Positions 47,651 through 60,099 of a DNA stretch of 64,000 nucleotides are shown here, in pieces. Origin of the DNA: Chrysomallon squamiferum. Lineage: Eukaryota > Animalia > Mollusca. Under the pieces are notes generated by a model. The model was not told where the DNA came from. It ran no database searches and worked only from the letters and a program-made list of their open reading frames with translations. Made by a program: the position numbers and the translations under genes. Location: assembly GCA_012295275.1 (NCBI GenBank), contig CM022665.1:44330001-44394000 (forward strand), read 5' to 3'. The stretch's first letter is position 1. Each line of letters begins with the position of its first letter.

Positions 47651-48077
47651 TGTAGAATAATATCTAATGGTGAAACGTATCTCAAGGACATTCGTTTACT
47701 ATTTAATTTTAATTTACTATTTTAATTTACTATTTAGTTGTCCATTTCTGATTTCATATTAGATATTTAACCCTATGACTATGAGTTAAAAATAAAAGTG
47801 AAATGGTATGTTAATAATAAGGAATTGACTATTTCATTAAAACTAAATTTTTCCAGTTTTAATAATCGAATTTTAAGATGAACTTTAACATTATATTTTA
47901 TTTGTTTTATTGGTAATATAATTATAATAACAATTAGTAAAAATTAGTAACAAGGCAATTTCATGTTTTTCAGAGTGAGAAACTTCAATTCTTTATTCTG
48001 ATGGCAGAGAATTATCATTAAAGCAGAACCTGCTGGAAGAAATAATTAAACTTTTCATAAAACATTTCTTAAAGAAG

Positions 48078-51000
48078 ATGATAATGCCAATGTTTTTGTG
48101 TCGCAGTGTTTTGGTGACTTGTTCCAGACGGGCAATGGTAAATTAATTTGTTATACTTTATATTTGTAAATAAAACCTCTAATGTTACTGCCCCTATTAG
48201 CACAAGAGTGTCAAATAACCTTGACTAACTGTTGGATGTGTCCTTCCTATTATCCTTATTAATTTTATTTTATTGAAATTTGTAAAACTTTTGGAACTCC
48301 AAGATGATAGCTTCCTCTACTTTTAAATCTGGAGAATATTTAAACTTTCTGTAGTTCAAAAGTCAGTTTTTCTTTTTGTTTCTTTATTTCTTTCTTTTTT
48401 TTTTTTTATTTTTTTTTTTTTTTTCTTTTTATACTTAAAATATTTATATTTTAAAATTAATAAATATGTTAATTAACTTTAGTAAATTTAATAAAAAGTT
48501 GTTTGTAGTTTTAATTTTTTATTTTTAAAACTTATTTTCAGACTCTTGCTGAAGAAGCAAATTTGAAACGAATTACTGTACCTCAGAAAATGGTTGCTAA
48601 AATAGAAAAAATTAAGTACAAGAAAATGGTAGCAGAAGCTAAGAAAAGCAAACCATTAAAGTTCAAATCTCCACTGATTATTTCATGTAAAAGGTCAGAG
48701 TTCAATCATCACAAAGGTCAGACGTATAATGAATTTAATCCTAAAGTTCTTGCTTCACATGGATGGAAAAACAAAAAATCAGCTGGAGACCATTTTACTA
48801 TAATGTGTCATGAAAAGGTTATTAAATGATTAATATGAATCTTCTACTTGTAAAATACTCTTTTAACAGTAATATAAAATAAATTCAGCAAAACGGATAA
48901 ATGATAATAATAATAAGAAGAAGAAGAAGAAGAAATAATTAAAAAATATATTTAAAAAAAATATATAATAAAATAATTATAATAATAAAAAACATAAAAA
49001 TAAAAAAATCTTAAATTTTAAAGATTTTTTTTAAACAATTAAAAATGCAAAAAGATATTTTTTATAACTTTTTATCAGGTTAATTATAAAATTTGGTTCA
49101 AACTGGCAGACTGATATCTCCAACATCTGTATTTCTTTTATCTAATTATAAATATAAAATGTCTATTAATGAATTTTTTTTTTTAATTCCAGAATCCTGC
49201 CCTGCTTACAGAAGAAAATTGGACAACATTTGAAGATTTTGGTTTTAACGAAACTTTGACAAATGGTTTGCAGGAACTTGGTTTTACTAGCCCTACAAAA
49301 ATACAGGTACATTGTGGTGAATTCAAATTCATCTTCATTGTTATCTTCATGACAAGTATCTTATTATTTATTTAATTGTTTTGTTTTAATAATGAATATT
49401 TATATTTACACACACATACATATAAATACATACATGCATATATACATGTGCATTTTATGACAAAAGTATTTTATAGGTGTGAAATCTTTACTGATGATAA
49501 AGAAAATAAAGTGAGTGAACAACTGGGAAATTTTCCATAACCATCACATATATGTATAGAGAGAGAGATACACACACAAAACACACACACACATACATAC
49601 ATATATACATTCATGCATATTTTTTGTGTTTATGTAATTTTAAGTGTTTCTAATAAAAATTACAAAGTGATTTTTCTTTCCTTTCTAATCCTTTTTTTTT
49701 ACTGTCATCAGGATAAAAATGTGGATTATTTTATTCAACTAGATGTTCTTGTAGTTTTTATTATTATTGTTGTTGTTGTTGATGAATTTTTGGTTGTACT
49801 AATATATGTATTTATTTGACGTTTATATGTTTTTAAATTATTGAGAGTATCATAAATTCCCCCTTTTCCCCCCCATTTTTCAGTCATTTGCAATTCCAAA
49901 GATTCTCACAGGCAGTGATGTTTTGTGTGCAGCAGAAACAGGTACTTGTATTTTTACTAAAATTTAAAAATTATTGATTTAAAAAAAGAAAATTGCTTCA
50001 TAATACTTTTATTTTTATTCTTTTATTGACACCAGTGTTAACTAATAATAAAGTTACAACAATAATTCAACAGAATTTCATGATGTTATTTTGTACTTAA
50101 AAATTAAAAATCTTACAAATTGATATTTTTTCACTGTTGTGGCAAAGGTCATATCTGAAAACAGTGGAAAAATGATAGCTGCTATACATCTTTATTGTCA
50201 TACTTTATCATTAGTATAAATTATATACAAATTCAGATATACTAATTATGCCTATAAGCAGTGGATATAAATGTTCAAAATGTGATTAGACTATTTGTTG
50301 AATTTATTTAATTTAATTACAAATACAACATGCAAATTTATTCTTTAATTCATATTTCTGCTGCACATCTCTCTTTATCTATTGTCATATTTTAAAAAAT
50401 TTCTCAATGTTTTTTTCCTCTATTATATCATCTTTGCCAAAAAGGAAGTGGAAAAACTCTGGCATACCTGTTGCCACTTGCTGAGATAATTTTTCAACAG
50501 AAACAAATGATGACAAAAGAAATGTCACAAAACAGTCCCAGAGTTATCATTCTTGTTCCCTCTCGAGAACTTGCAGATCAGATTAAAGTGAGTTATTTTA
50601 TTTTATTGTTAAAAACACAACTTTCATCTGATAAATCAGAATTTTTTGGCAACATTAATATTTAAAAAAAAAAAAAAAACCCCAGTAATAATAATAAATA
50701 AATTTAAAACATTTTTAAATGTAAATATTGCTTGGTTATATTTCAGATTACATTGATTCCTTTACTGAAATTTGATAATTAAACTTTAAGTACATTTGTC
50801 TGTCTTGAAGTAAGCATTATTTAAAGACATAACTTCATTATTCAATTATTCAAAACCTTAAGAACACCATATTTGGCCAAAACATTTATCCTGATTAAAT
50901 TCTGTGTTTGAAAGTCCAATATTTAAGCAAAATGTGGTAATTTTCATTAGTTATTGCCAATAGGGAATCTTTATTACAAATTTGGCTGTGACTGTGTCTT

Positions 51001-51943
51001 AGTTTTTAGTGTATCATCTCTTGGAACTGAAAATAATGTGTAGATTGTGGAAGTATATTTTTTGTCTGTGTATTCAGCTATACCCATGTAATACATCACA
51101 TGCTGAGCAGTTGTTGGAACAGGAAATGTATTGGTTTATTTATGTATTTGTTCTGTAGGATGTTGCTGATAAGTTAGCACCATACACAGGTTTGATTACA
51201 CACTTAGCAGTTGGAGGAAGAGGAACCAAGGTAAACACATTATGTACTGTGTTTAGTCAAGTCGTTATAGTAACATTATAAACAGAAATTATTACTACAT
51301 CTGTTAACCTATTAGCCTAAAATAATATAAAATAAAAATAAAAAGAAGGTGTAAAAATATTTTTTTAAAACCATATTTATATAAATAAATTTTAATAAAA
51401 TAAAAAAGGTTATGTAAAAATATTTTTTTTAAAGCCTATTTACATAAATAAACTTTAATAAAATAAAAAATATTCTATTAAATTTAGTTTGAGTTTTAGT
51501 TATGTTGTTATATTACATAAAATCTGTCTCTGATGAGGACCTTTTTTTTTTAATTTTTTTTTTTAATGATGTTTTGATAATCCAGTAAAGTAAGAAGTAG
51601 TAAGACACTTTAAGATGAGTAAAAATATATTTAATTGCCATAGGCATAGAGGAACCAAATCCTTCTCCATGGAACCAAACTTGATAATGTATTTTATGAC
51701 AGATTTTATTTCTGGATTACAGCACAGAATTGCATGGCCTGAGAGGAAAGAGATGGATATTCTCATTTCAACACCAGGAATTTTGAAGAAACTTCTTTTT
51801 AATAGTAATGTTTTAACTTAAACACTTTCCAGTTTTGTCTTTTTACATGAACTTTAAAAATTATACCTACTTTATATACCAGTATACAAATCAATATTTA
51901 TTTATTTATTTGTTTATTTAATTTAATTTTTAAAAAATTTTTT

Positions 51944-51976
<33 letters not shown>

Positions 51977-52656
51977 TATTAAAAATACTAAACATAAATT
52001 CATACTAAAATAATTAATAAATATAGCTGCAACTATTTAAACAGTTGTATCCAGTTTCTGCCATCCCTCATCACTGGTGTGTTGTTAGCAGGAAGCATGT
52101 TTTACATTTACCTTCCCATAGACAGTAAAATATACATCTCACCCATTGCTATTAAATATAATTGTTCAGTACTGGACAAAAAATTACAAAACAAAAGCAA
52201 GAGAGAAAATAACTAAGTGACTGACAACCTACCATTTTTGACAAATTATTTTATTTTTAAATTTTTTGTTTTTGTTTTTGTTTTTAGATTTAATTCATTC
52301 ATCTTACCTGCAGCATGTAGTTCTGGATGAAGCAGATACTTTGTTAGATGACACCTTCAGTTATGACATTCGAACTATTTTCAAAAAGTTGCAGGTGAGA
52401 ATAAATATTTCTTTAAGCTTTTTCTGTTTTAGTAAAATCAAAAAACATTAACTTAATTATTGTTACAAGTAAATAAATAAATCTTCCTATAAATTTCCAC
52501 AACTTAATGAATAAAATGAAGCAACTAAATAATTAATGTATATGATTTAGTCAGAATTGGTACCACTCCTATTTATTCATATTTTATTTCAACTGTGAAT
52601 TTATTTTATCATTGTTATCATTATATGATCAATACGTATATTAATAATTAATATTT

Positions 52657-52706
<50 letters not shown>

Positions 52707-53124
52707 TATTATAAACAAATTTTAAGATAATATTTTAACAATAAGGATATGTCAATTATATAAAACCTGATTTTATTGAAATAACCCAATAGATTTTGTT
52801 GCAACTCTGAGAAATAAAAAGTAAAAAAAATACTTATCTCAGTTTAATAAAAATTAAATAAATTTATTTGTCGTTTCCATAGAGATTTTTACCTTTGTTA
52901 CAGGTATCAAAGGGAAGTGTCAGTTTTGTTTCTCCTTCAACTGTTGTCACTGACACACAGTTTATTCTTGTCAGCGCCACCATGCCTCGCAGCATAGAGC
53001 AGGTCATAGGGGACATAATTCCAGTAAGATAAAAAAAATAATGGAAAGTTATAGCCCTTTAATTTTTCTAATGATACTTTTATCTTTATTCTTTTAATTA
53101 TTATTATTATTATTATTATTATTA

Positions 53125-53160
<36 letters not shown>

Positions 53161-53249
53161 TTATTATTATTTTTTTTTCTTTCCTTTTCATTTTTATTAT
53201 TATTATTATATTTTTTTTTTTTTTATTTTATTTTATTAAAGTTATTTAT

Positions 53250-53280
<31 letters not shown>

Positions 53281-53290
53281 TATTTTTTTA

Positions 53291-53321
<31 letters not shown>

Positions 53322-54277
53322 TTTTGGGGGTGATCTAATTTTCAAATATCCTTCTTCTATTTTTTTTTATGTTGTACAGATCATGTTTGTTAAATAAAAT
53401 AAAGACAAATAATTTGATCATCATGAAACAATAGGAAATCTCAGCCTCTGTGTAATTGAATTTGTTCTATTATTAGCAAAGACAACCGTCTAGAAAACAA
53501 ATAAAATAGTCACTCACAAGCACAAAAAATTTACTTAGACAATTATAACATCATGAAAAGTACATTTAATTTTTATGAAAATTAATTATTGATATGAAAA
53601 CATAAGATTCATTTTGTCAAAAAGAAAAATTTAACAAAAAAAAAGACAAACATAAAGTTAGAAATTCAAGGCTTTTGGTCTTTATCATCGTGGATATGTT
53701 TTAAATTTGCTTTATCTTTTGGTTTTCCCAGGTTGACACGCTGCAGAAAGTCACAACATCACATCTACACTACATCATGCCTCATGTCCCGCAGAAGTTC
53801 GTGAGACTACTTCCATCTCAAAAACCAGGTACGTACCCTGAATTCTCACCTGTGTATTTATTCAACAAAAAACAAAATTGACTTATTTTTACATCCATGA
53901 CCAAAATAAAATCAACTAAGTATTACATCTATGACAAAAAACAAAATCAGCTTGTAATTACATTCATGAACAAAAAACAAAATCAAACTTAATTTTACAT
54001 GCATGACTGAAACAAAAACAAAATTCATGATCAGTTTAATTTCTGTAGAGAACGAATCTTTTATTTTTGTTTAGTTTATTTTTAACAAAAGGTTTGGATA
54101 AAAACATTTTTAAACATTTTATAAGATGCTGGTACATTAGAGGAAAAATACTTGAGAGTTATTTAATGGTACTTAGATTTTAAACATGGCTGATACAACA
54201 AATACATTTGTATATGACAGATTTGTTCATTTCCCATCCCTGACTATAAATGTAGTCTTCTAATGAATATGGGCTAC

Positions 54278-54308
<31 letters not shown>

Positions 54309-54348
54309 TATTAAAAACCTAGCAGCAGATATATAAACACACGTGCAC

Positions 54349-54402
<54 letters not shown>

Positions 54403-56316
54403 TATTTTCTGTTATTCTATCTTTCCCACCTTCAAAAACACCAAAATGTCAGAAGGTAAGTATAGTCTTAATTAGATAGATTTTTTTTTTAATAATTATT
54501 ATTACTATTATATTTGGGTTTTTTAGAAAATATTATCCAGTTGGCAAGTAAAAGTCACAAGAAGGCAATTCCCACGATGATTTTCTGTAACAAAAGTAAC
54601 ACGTGTTTTTGGTTGTCGGAGACGTTACGAGACATGGGAATCAACAATGTTCTCATGAATGGAGTGATTCCGGAACAGGTAAAGACTAATACATCAGAAA
54701 TTGTATTCCCGAATGAAGGATTTTGTAAGATCTAATTTCCTTGGTGGGGCTTATTAGAGAGTCTTGATTTGTTTTGTTTTTTGTTTTTTTTTCTTGTTTT
54801 TGTAGGATGCACTTTAAAGATACTGTGTTGTTGAGGAAAATCATAACTGAAAGAAAAATATAATAGCAGTTTCAGTAGTAACAGTAGCAATAATAACAGT
54901 GCTAGTAATAGTAATAATAGTAAGAGTAGTAGTAGCAATAAAAATACTATTAGTACTATTAATAATAGTAGTATTAGTAGTGATAATGACAATAATAATA
55001 ATAATATGTATTTTAAATACGTTTGAAACCAAGTAATCATCATAATAAAAAAAAAAAAAAAAATTAAAAAAAATACTGGATGTTTTAAAAAGCAAAATAA
55101 TTATTTAGTCGTATATTCTTTGCAGAGAAGACATTCACAGTATGAAAGTTTTAAGTCTGGACACACAGACATACTGATAGCCACTGATGTTGCATCAAGA
55201 GGACTGGACACCATTAATGTAAGTTTTTGTTTAAAAAAAATACAACATGTCATCTTTTAACAGATTCTTTTTTTTTTTTCATTTTTAAATTCCAAAATTA
55301 AGTTTTGAATGTGATATAAAAAACTCATAGATATTAAAAAATGTTCTGCCTTTAGCGTCACTAAAACATAATGATGAAGCATATGTGGAATAAAATCTTC
55401 AATTAAATTGGTAAATTTTGCTGTATATACATTTTATTTTGAGCACACATCAGTCAGTAAACCATGGCAATATTTTAAAATGAAAATAATCTTATAGAGG
55501 ATTTAAAAAAAAAAAATTAAATTTAAATTTTAATTACTGTTCTCCATAGGCACATCACGTCATCAACTATGACTTTCCTCTCTTCATGTCTGACTACGTC
55601 CACAGAGCAGGTCGTGTGGGTAGAGTCAACAGCAACAGCAACGGCATTGTAACAAGTTTTGTAACTTATGCATGGGATGTAGAGTTACTCTGGCACATTG
55701 AGGTACATATCAGAATTCTCTGGCAGTGAAACAATAAGAAAAGTTAAATGAAAATATTTTAGATAATTTATTTTTCGTGTGAATTAATAATACATATCCT
55801 GTAATATATATTGAGATATTATTTTAAATTGTTCCTTGAAAAGTGCATTTGATGTCAACAGTGTAAAATCATCTTAGATGTTACTGGATTTTATACAGGT
55901 TGTAACAGTCAGAATGGAAGATATTATTCGATTATCTGTGGTGTATCAATTATATACGATATCTGTTCTATATATTTATGTTTATTTGATGATTACATGG
56001 GTTACCTTTTCTAAAATGAACAAGGAAACAAACAAACAAATAAATAAATATACATGTATGTAACCAAGTAAATAAGACATTTAAGAAAAAGCCACAGTAA
56101 TTATAATTATGAATTTCTTTCAGTATACTTTTTGTATTAACATTTTAAGTCTGTTGTTACTGACTTGTTGACAACCAGTTGTTTTTATTTTATTTTATAT
56201 TTCAGTCTGCTGCAAGGAAGAACAAAGAATTACACAATGTTAATGCAAATATTAAAAGAAAATTAACTTCAATAATTATCAACAAGTATGGACCACAGAT
56301 TATGCCTGAACTCTAA
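48078..56316 (+). CDS. DDX28: Mitochondrial DEAD-box RNA helicase DDX28, 545 aa
   Basis: Exons 48078-48137, 48542-48817, 49193-49306, 49884-49941, 50445-50587, 51159-51230, 51723-51804, 52288-52394, 52904-53023, 53732-53828, 54527-54678, 55126-55218, 55550-55702, 56206-56316; 1638 nt open. General motifs: Q motif GFTSPTKIQ, AETGSGKT, PSRELADQ, TPG, DEAD, SAT, IFCN, TDVASRGLD, HRAGRVGR. DDX28-type motifs: LASHGWKNKKSAGDHFTI and LHYIMPHVPQKFVRL. The N-terminus is Arg-containing and acid-free (presequence-like); an in-frame stop at 47976 bounds the start. Confidence 0.95.
49446..49625. repeat. Interspersed repeat, copy B (inverted relative to copy A), in DDX28 intron 3
   Basis: Reverse complement of 3235-3447; see that entry. 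Confidence 0.85.
53863..54030. repeat. Degenerate ~37-bp tandem repeat, about 4 copies
   Basis: aaaaacaaaatca.ctt..tt.ttacat.catga recurs in DDX28 intron 10. Confidence 0.75.
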
Positions 56317-57709
56317 TGGAAATATGTTGTGAAGAAAGTAGTATGAAATCATTGTTCCTGAACTTTACAGAATGATAATATTTTTTAAAAAAGAAGAATA
56401 AAAAAAATATATATATAAAATAAATAAACTAAACAAAATTCTTCTTTGGTTATATTTACATTGCATGAGAAATAATTTCTAAATGAATATAACAGCTTAG
56501 ACACTTTATAATTATGTTTACGTGGAGAGATTTAGGATTGTATAAAGGATTGGCATATTTTTAAAAAAGGAGCTTGATTAACCACTGACTGATGTTAAAT
56601 GCATACACTTGAAATAAAATTACAGTTCAAGAATTTATATATTTAATTCAAATATATAAATAATTATATTTTAAAATATTTATTGGGAAGACATTCCTAG
56701 ATATTAGAATAATCATTACAAATAAATTTTCATTGACTGAACAACCAAAGAAAAAATATGAAAAAAATGAAAAATAAAAAAATTCTGTCAAGAACAAAAC
56801 AAAACCACAAACCAACACCTAAATAATACAACTTTAAGTGGTGGGCCTTGTCGCAGAATTTGACATTTCTGAAAGAAACTGCTTTATAAATATTTATCAG
56901 ACAAAGAATAAAGATTAAATTATGATTAAGAATTTAGCTGATGCCAAGGAAAATAAATAAATAAATAAATAGTTGTTGTAGTAGTAGTAGTAGTAAAATA
57001 AACGTATCTTGAGACCATTCTAACACTATAATAAGAGTGACCTCCCCTTGCCTAGTGAGATTTCGAGGGTTTTTTTTATTAACCCTTTAACCCCTGCATG
57101 TAGGGGTTAAAGTAACTATATTATTCATTGAGAAACTTAAGGTGAAATTATATTAACTTTATTAGCAGTATCTGAAGAAAATAGTATAATTTAAAATTGC
57201 AATTTACTAATCGTGTTGTTAAACCATAGGTGACAGAATCGCTTGGTCAACATTTTGTTATCTTTACGCATAATTCACAGTCTTGGTCTGTCACAGGGAA
57301 ACTTTGTTATTCTCTATAACTGATGACAATCTGAAGTTTCTGATGACAGTCTAAATTTAATTTAATTTTTATAAATGAATATTGTACATAAGCACAATAA
57401 TTTTAATTATAATTATAAATAGTTAATAATAAAAATAAATACATTTTTATTAAATAAAAATAATAATAATAAAAATATAATAATAATAATAATAATAATA
57501 ATAAAATAAATGAAAATAAAATTAATGAAAATAAAATTAAAATAATATAATACAAATAAATAAATAACACTAATTTTAAAAAATACATAAACATAACATA
57601 CACAAAATCATAATTATTCTTAAAACAAAAATAAATTTTAATTATTTATCTAACAAAAACTAATTTCAAAATTATTTTAATAAACCACACAGATTTGTGA
57701 AGAAAGAAG

Positions 57710-58049
57710 ATGATTTCATGCTTAATCGACAGATGCGTCAGCTGTGTCCAAAGAAAAGTTTATAGCACATCTAGACTGCTGAGATGGAAAAACATTTACT
57801 GTCAGACAAAATATCCCATTCCAAGAGTGTTGCCATCTGTTGTAATACATCGGACTTTGTCACTCTGGGGAAATTCACACAAGAGACTGTTATTTGTTGG
57901 AGCAAACAGACTGAATCGACTGGGGCTTGGAGGTGACCATTCCCACCAGCCTTTGGATGCTGAGGAAGCACGCAGTAAAGAAGAAATTAAAATAAACAGT
58001 TCTGAAATAAACAGTGCCTGGGTTAGTAAGTTTTGAAAATTAGTGTGTG

Positions 58050-58100
<51 letters not shown>

Positions 58101-58789
58101 ATGTGGTGTGACAAAACAAAATAAATAATTTGTGTGTGTGTGTGCATACATGTGCATATGATTATGTGTGTTGATAATTTTAATTTTTTTTTTTATATAT
58201 ATATTGTCATATTATCCCTAATAATAAAATAAAGAAATAAAGAAATAAAACTAATAAATAAAATGATGGAGAATTTCATTCTTTGAGTTTCAGAAAAATG
58301 TTAATAAAATGAATTTTTTTTTTCAGAGTATCCGACTAGCAAATGAAAATGGTATGTAAAAAAAATTTCTTGCAGTTTATAATTTAATAATTTCAATTAA
58401 TAATTTAAAATAATCAAAATGGCATTTCAATATAACAGCAATTAATATTTATTAATAATAATAAACTAAATATTTAAATAATAATTTTTTTATTTTTTCA
58501 AAATTAAATGTTCTTGAAATTGCATATAACATCAAGTAACTGAAGTTATAAAATAAATATTTAAATAGGAATTCAGATATTCTGAGATTTTCAAAATATA
58601 TGAGTTTTTGATAATTGATGTAGATATTTGTTTGTGTTCAGGTTACTTATCCTGGTGTAGAAACACGTATTTGGCTACAATGGTTGGTATAGCTATGCAA
58701 GCAGAGAGTCCCTTTCTTTTGTCACAACAAGCAGCTGATAGTAAGCACAACTGATTTTAATTATAATAATAATAATAATAATAATAACA

Positions 58790-58838
<49 letters not shown>

Positions 58839-60099
58839 TAATAATAACAGTCACAATAATAATAATAATAATATTAATAACAGTCACAATAATAATAATA
58901 ATAATAATAACAGTAAATGTCATGTAAGAATGATTTAAATTTTAAAAAAATCTTAACATCTTCCTTCTGGTGGTATGATGAAATTATTTGTATCTCAAAT
59001 GTTAAGATAATCACTCATTTAAGAAAAGAGATGGAATGACACAGCACATAGTAGATTCAGTTTCTGTATCTCCATTCTGACTAAATTTTAATAACTACAT
59101 TCTTAAAACTGGCAGAAACTATTCTGTTTTTAACCTGCATTTCCATTATGTCAAAATTAATGTATTACTTAACAAGTTTAAAAAAAAAAAAAAAAAAATT
59201 TTTTTTTAAATGTTTTTTAATTGTTTTTTTCAACTAATCTTTATCTTTTGTTTTTCATAAAAGTCTAATTTACAGTTTATTTTTATTTATTTATTTTATT
59301 GTTATTTTTATTGTTATTTTTTTCTGGCAGTTGCTTTTGTTGTTGCTGGATTTAACCTGATATGGGGAACAGCATCGTTTGTTTCAACAATAGGACTGAT
59401 GAGGCAGCAGATGCTGATGTCAGTGCCTTTGGCTTTGCTCCAAGTAGTGGCAGCTGCGTTTCACCTCTTTCTCTGGGTCTATGTAGTGCTGATGTATGTT
59501 GTAAGCGACGATGTCTTTGAAATACCCAAATATGTGGATACGTCGACAGACACTTCCAAACAAGGGTGTCTAATTGTTTTGTTTTGGCTTATTATTAATT
59601 ATATAAAAGTGTGGTTTATAAAAAAACATTTTGATCAGGTAAACCTGGGATTCTTTATTTGTACGTGGAAAATGTATCAGTGAAATTTTCGTATGATTGA
59701 AAGAATGGTTGTGTTTATCTGAAAATTAAATATTATTAAAAAAATAGTCCTGTAATATGCACAAAAATATATATTCTTTGGGTTCATGTAAAAGGCTTTC
59801 TTTTTAAAATGAAAACATTCTCCTATTCTGTTTCAGTATATAAATATATTCGTGCACATTTCTACAGGCACTTAAGTTCTGTGTATGTATTGTGTGTGTG
59901 TATGAATATATTTGCATAGAATTTACATGCTTGTGGAAATGTGCACATATATATTTATACATTGAAATAAATATATATATATATAGATGTAAATATACAA
60001 ATGAACCAATCTCAGGACCTCAAATATACAAGACAGTTATGGAATGAATATAAGTCTCGTAAAATGCACATTTCTATCTTACACAGATCACAGAATTGA
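57710..60099 (+). CDS. TMEM160: Transmembrane protein 160 (mitochondrial membrane protein), ~227 aa; last exon uncertain
   Basis: Exons 57710-58021, 58327-58351, 58642-58740 and 59331-59565, then tentatively 60087-60099 (GSQN*). Without that splice, exon 4 reads through to the stop at 59683. SAWSIRLANENGYLSWCRN, NLIWGTASF and LMRQQMLMS parallel human DAWLLRKAHETAFLSWFRN, CVVWGSASY and ALRGPMQLT as recalled. Arg-rich N-terminus and three hydrophobic segments. Confidence 0.85.
58763..58912. repeat. (AAT)n microsatellite with repeated aacagt(cac) interruptions
   Basis: Read directly, in TMEM160 intron 3. Confidence 0.9.

Noticed and set aside
57802-58119. Minus-strand 105-aa ORF (...KGWWEWSPPSPSRF...GMGYFV*) with an acceptor-like site
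   Set aside because: Antisense shadow of TMEM160 exon 1; it begins in a (CA)n repeat and I found no partner exons on the minus strand.
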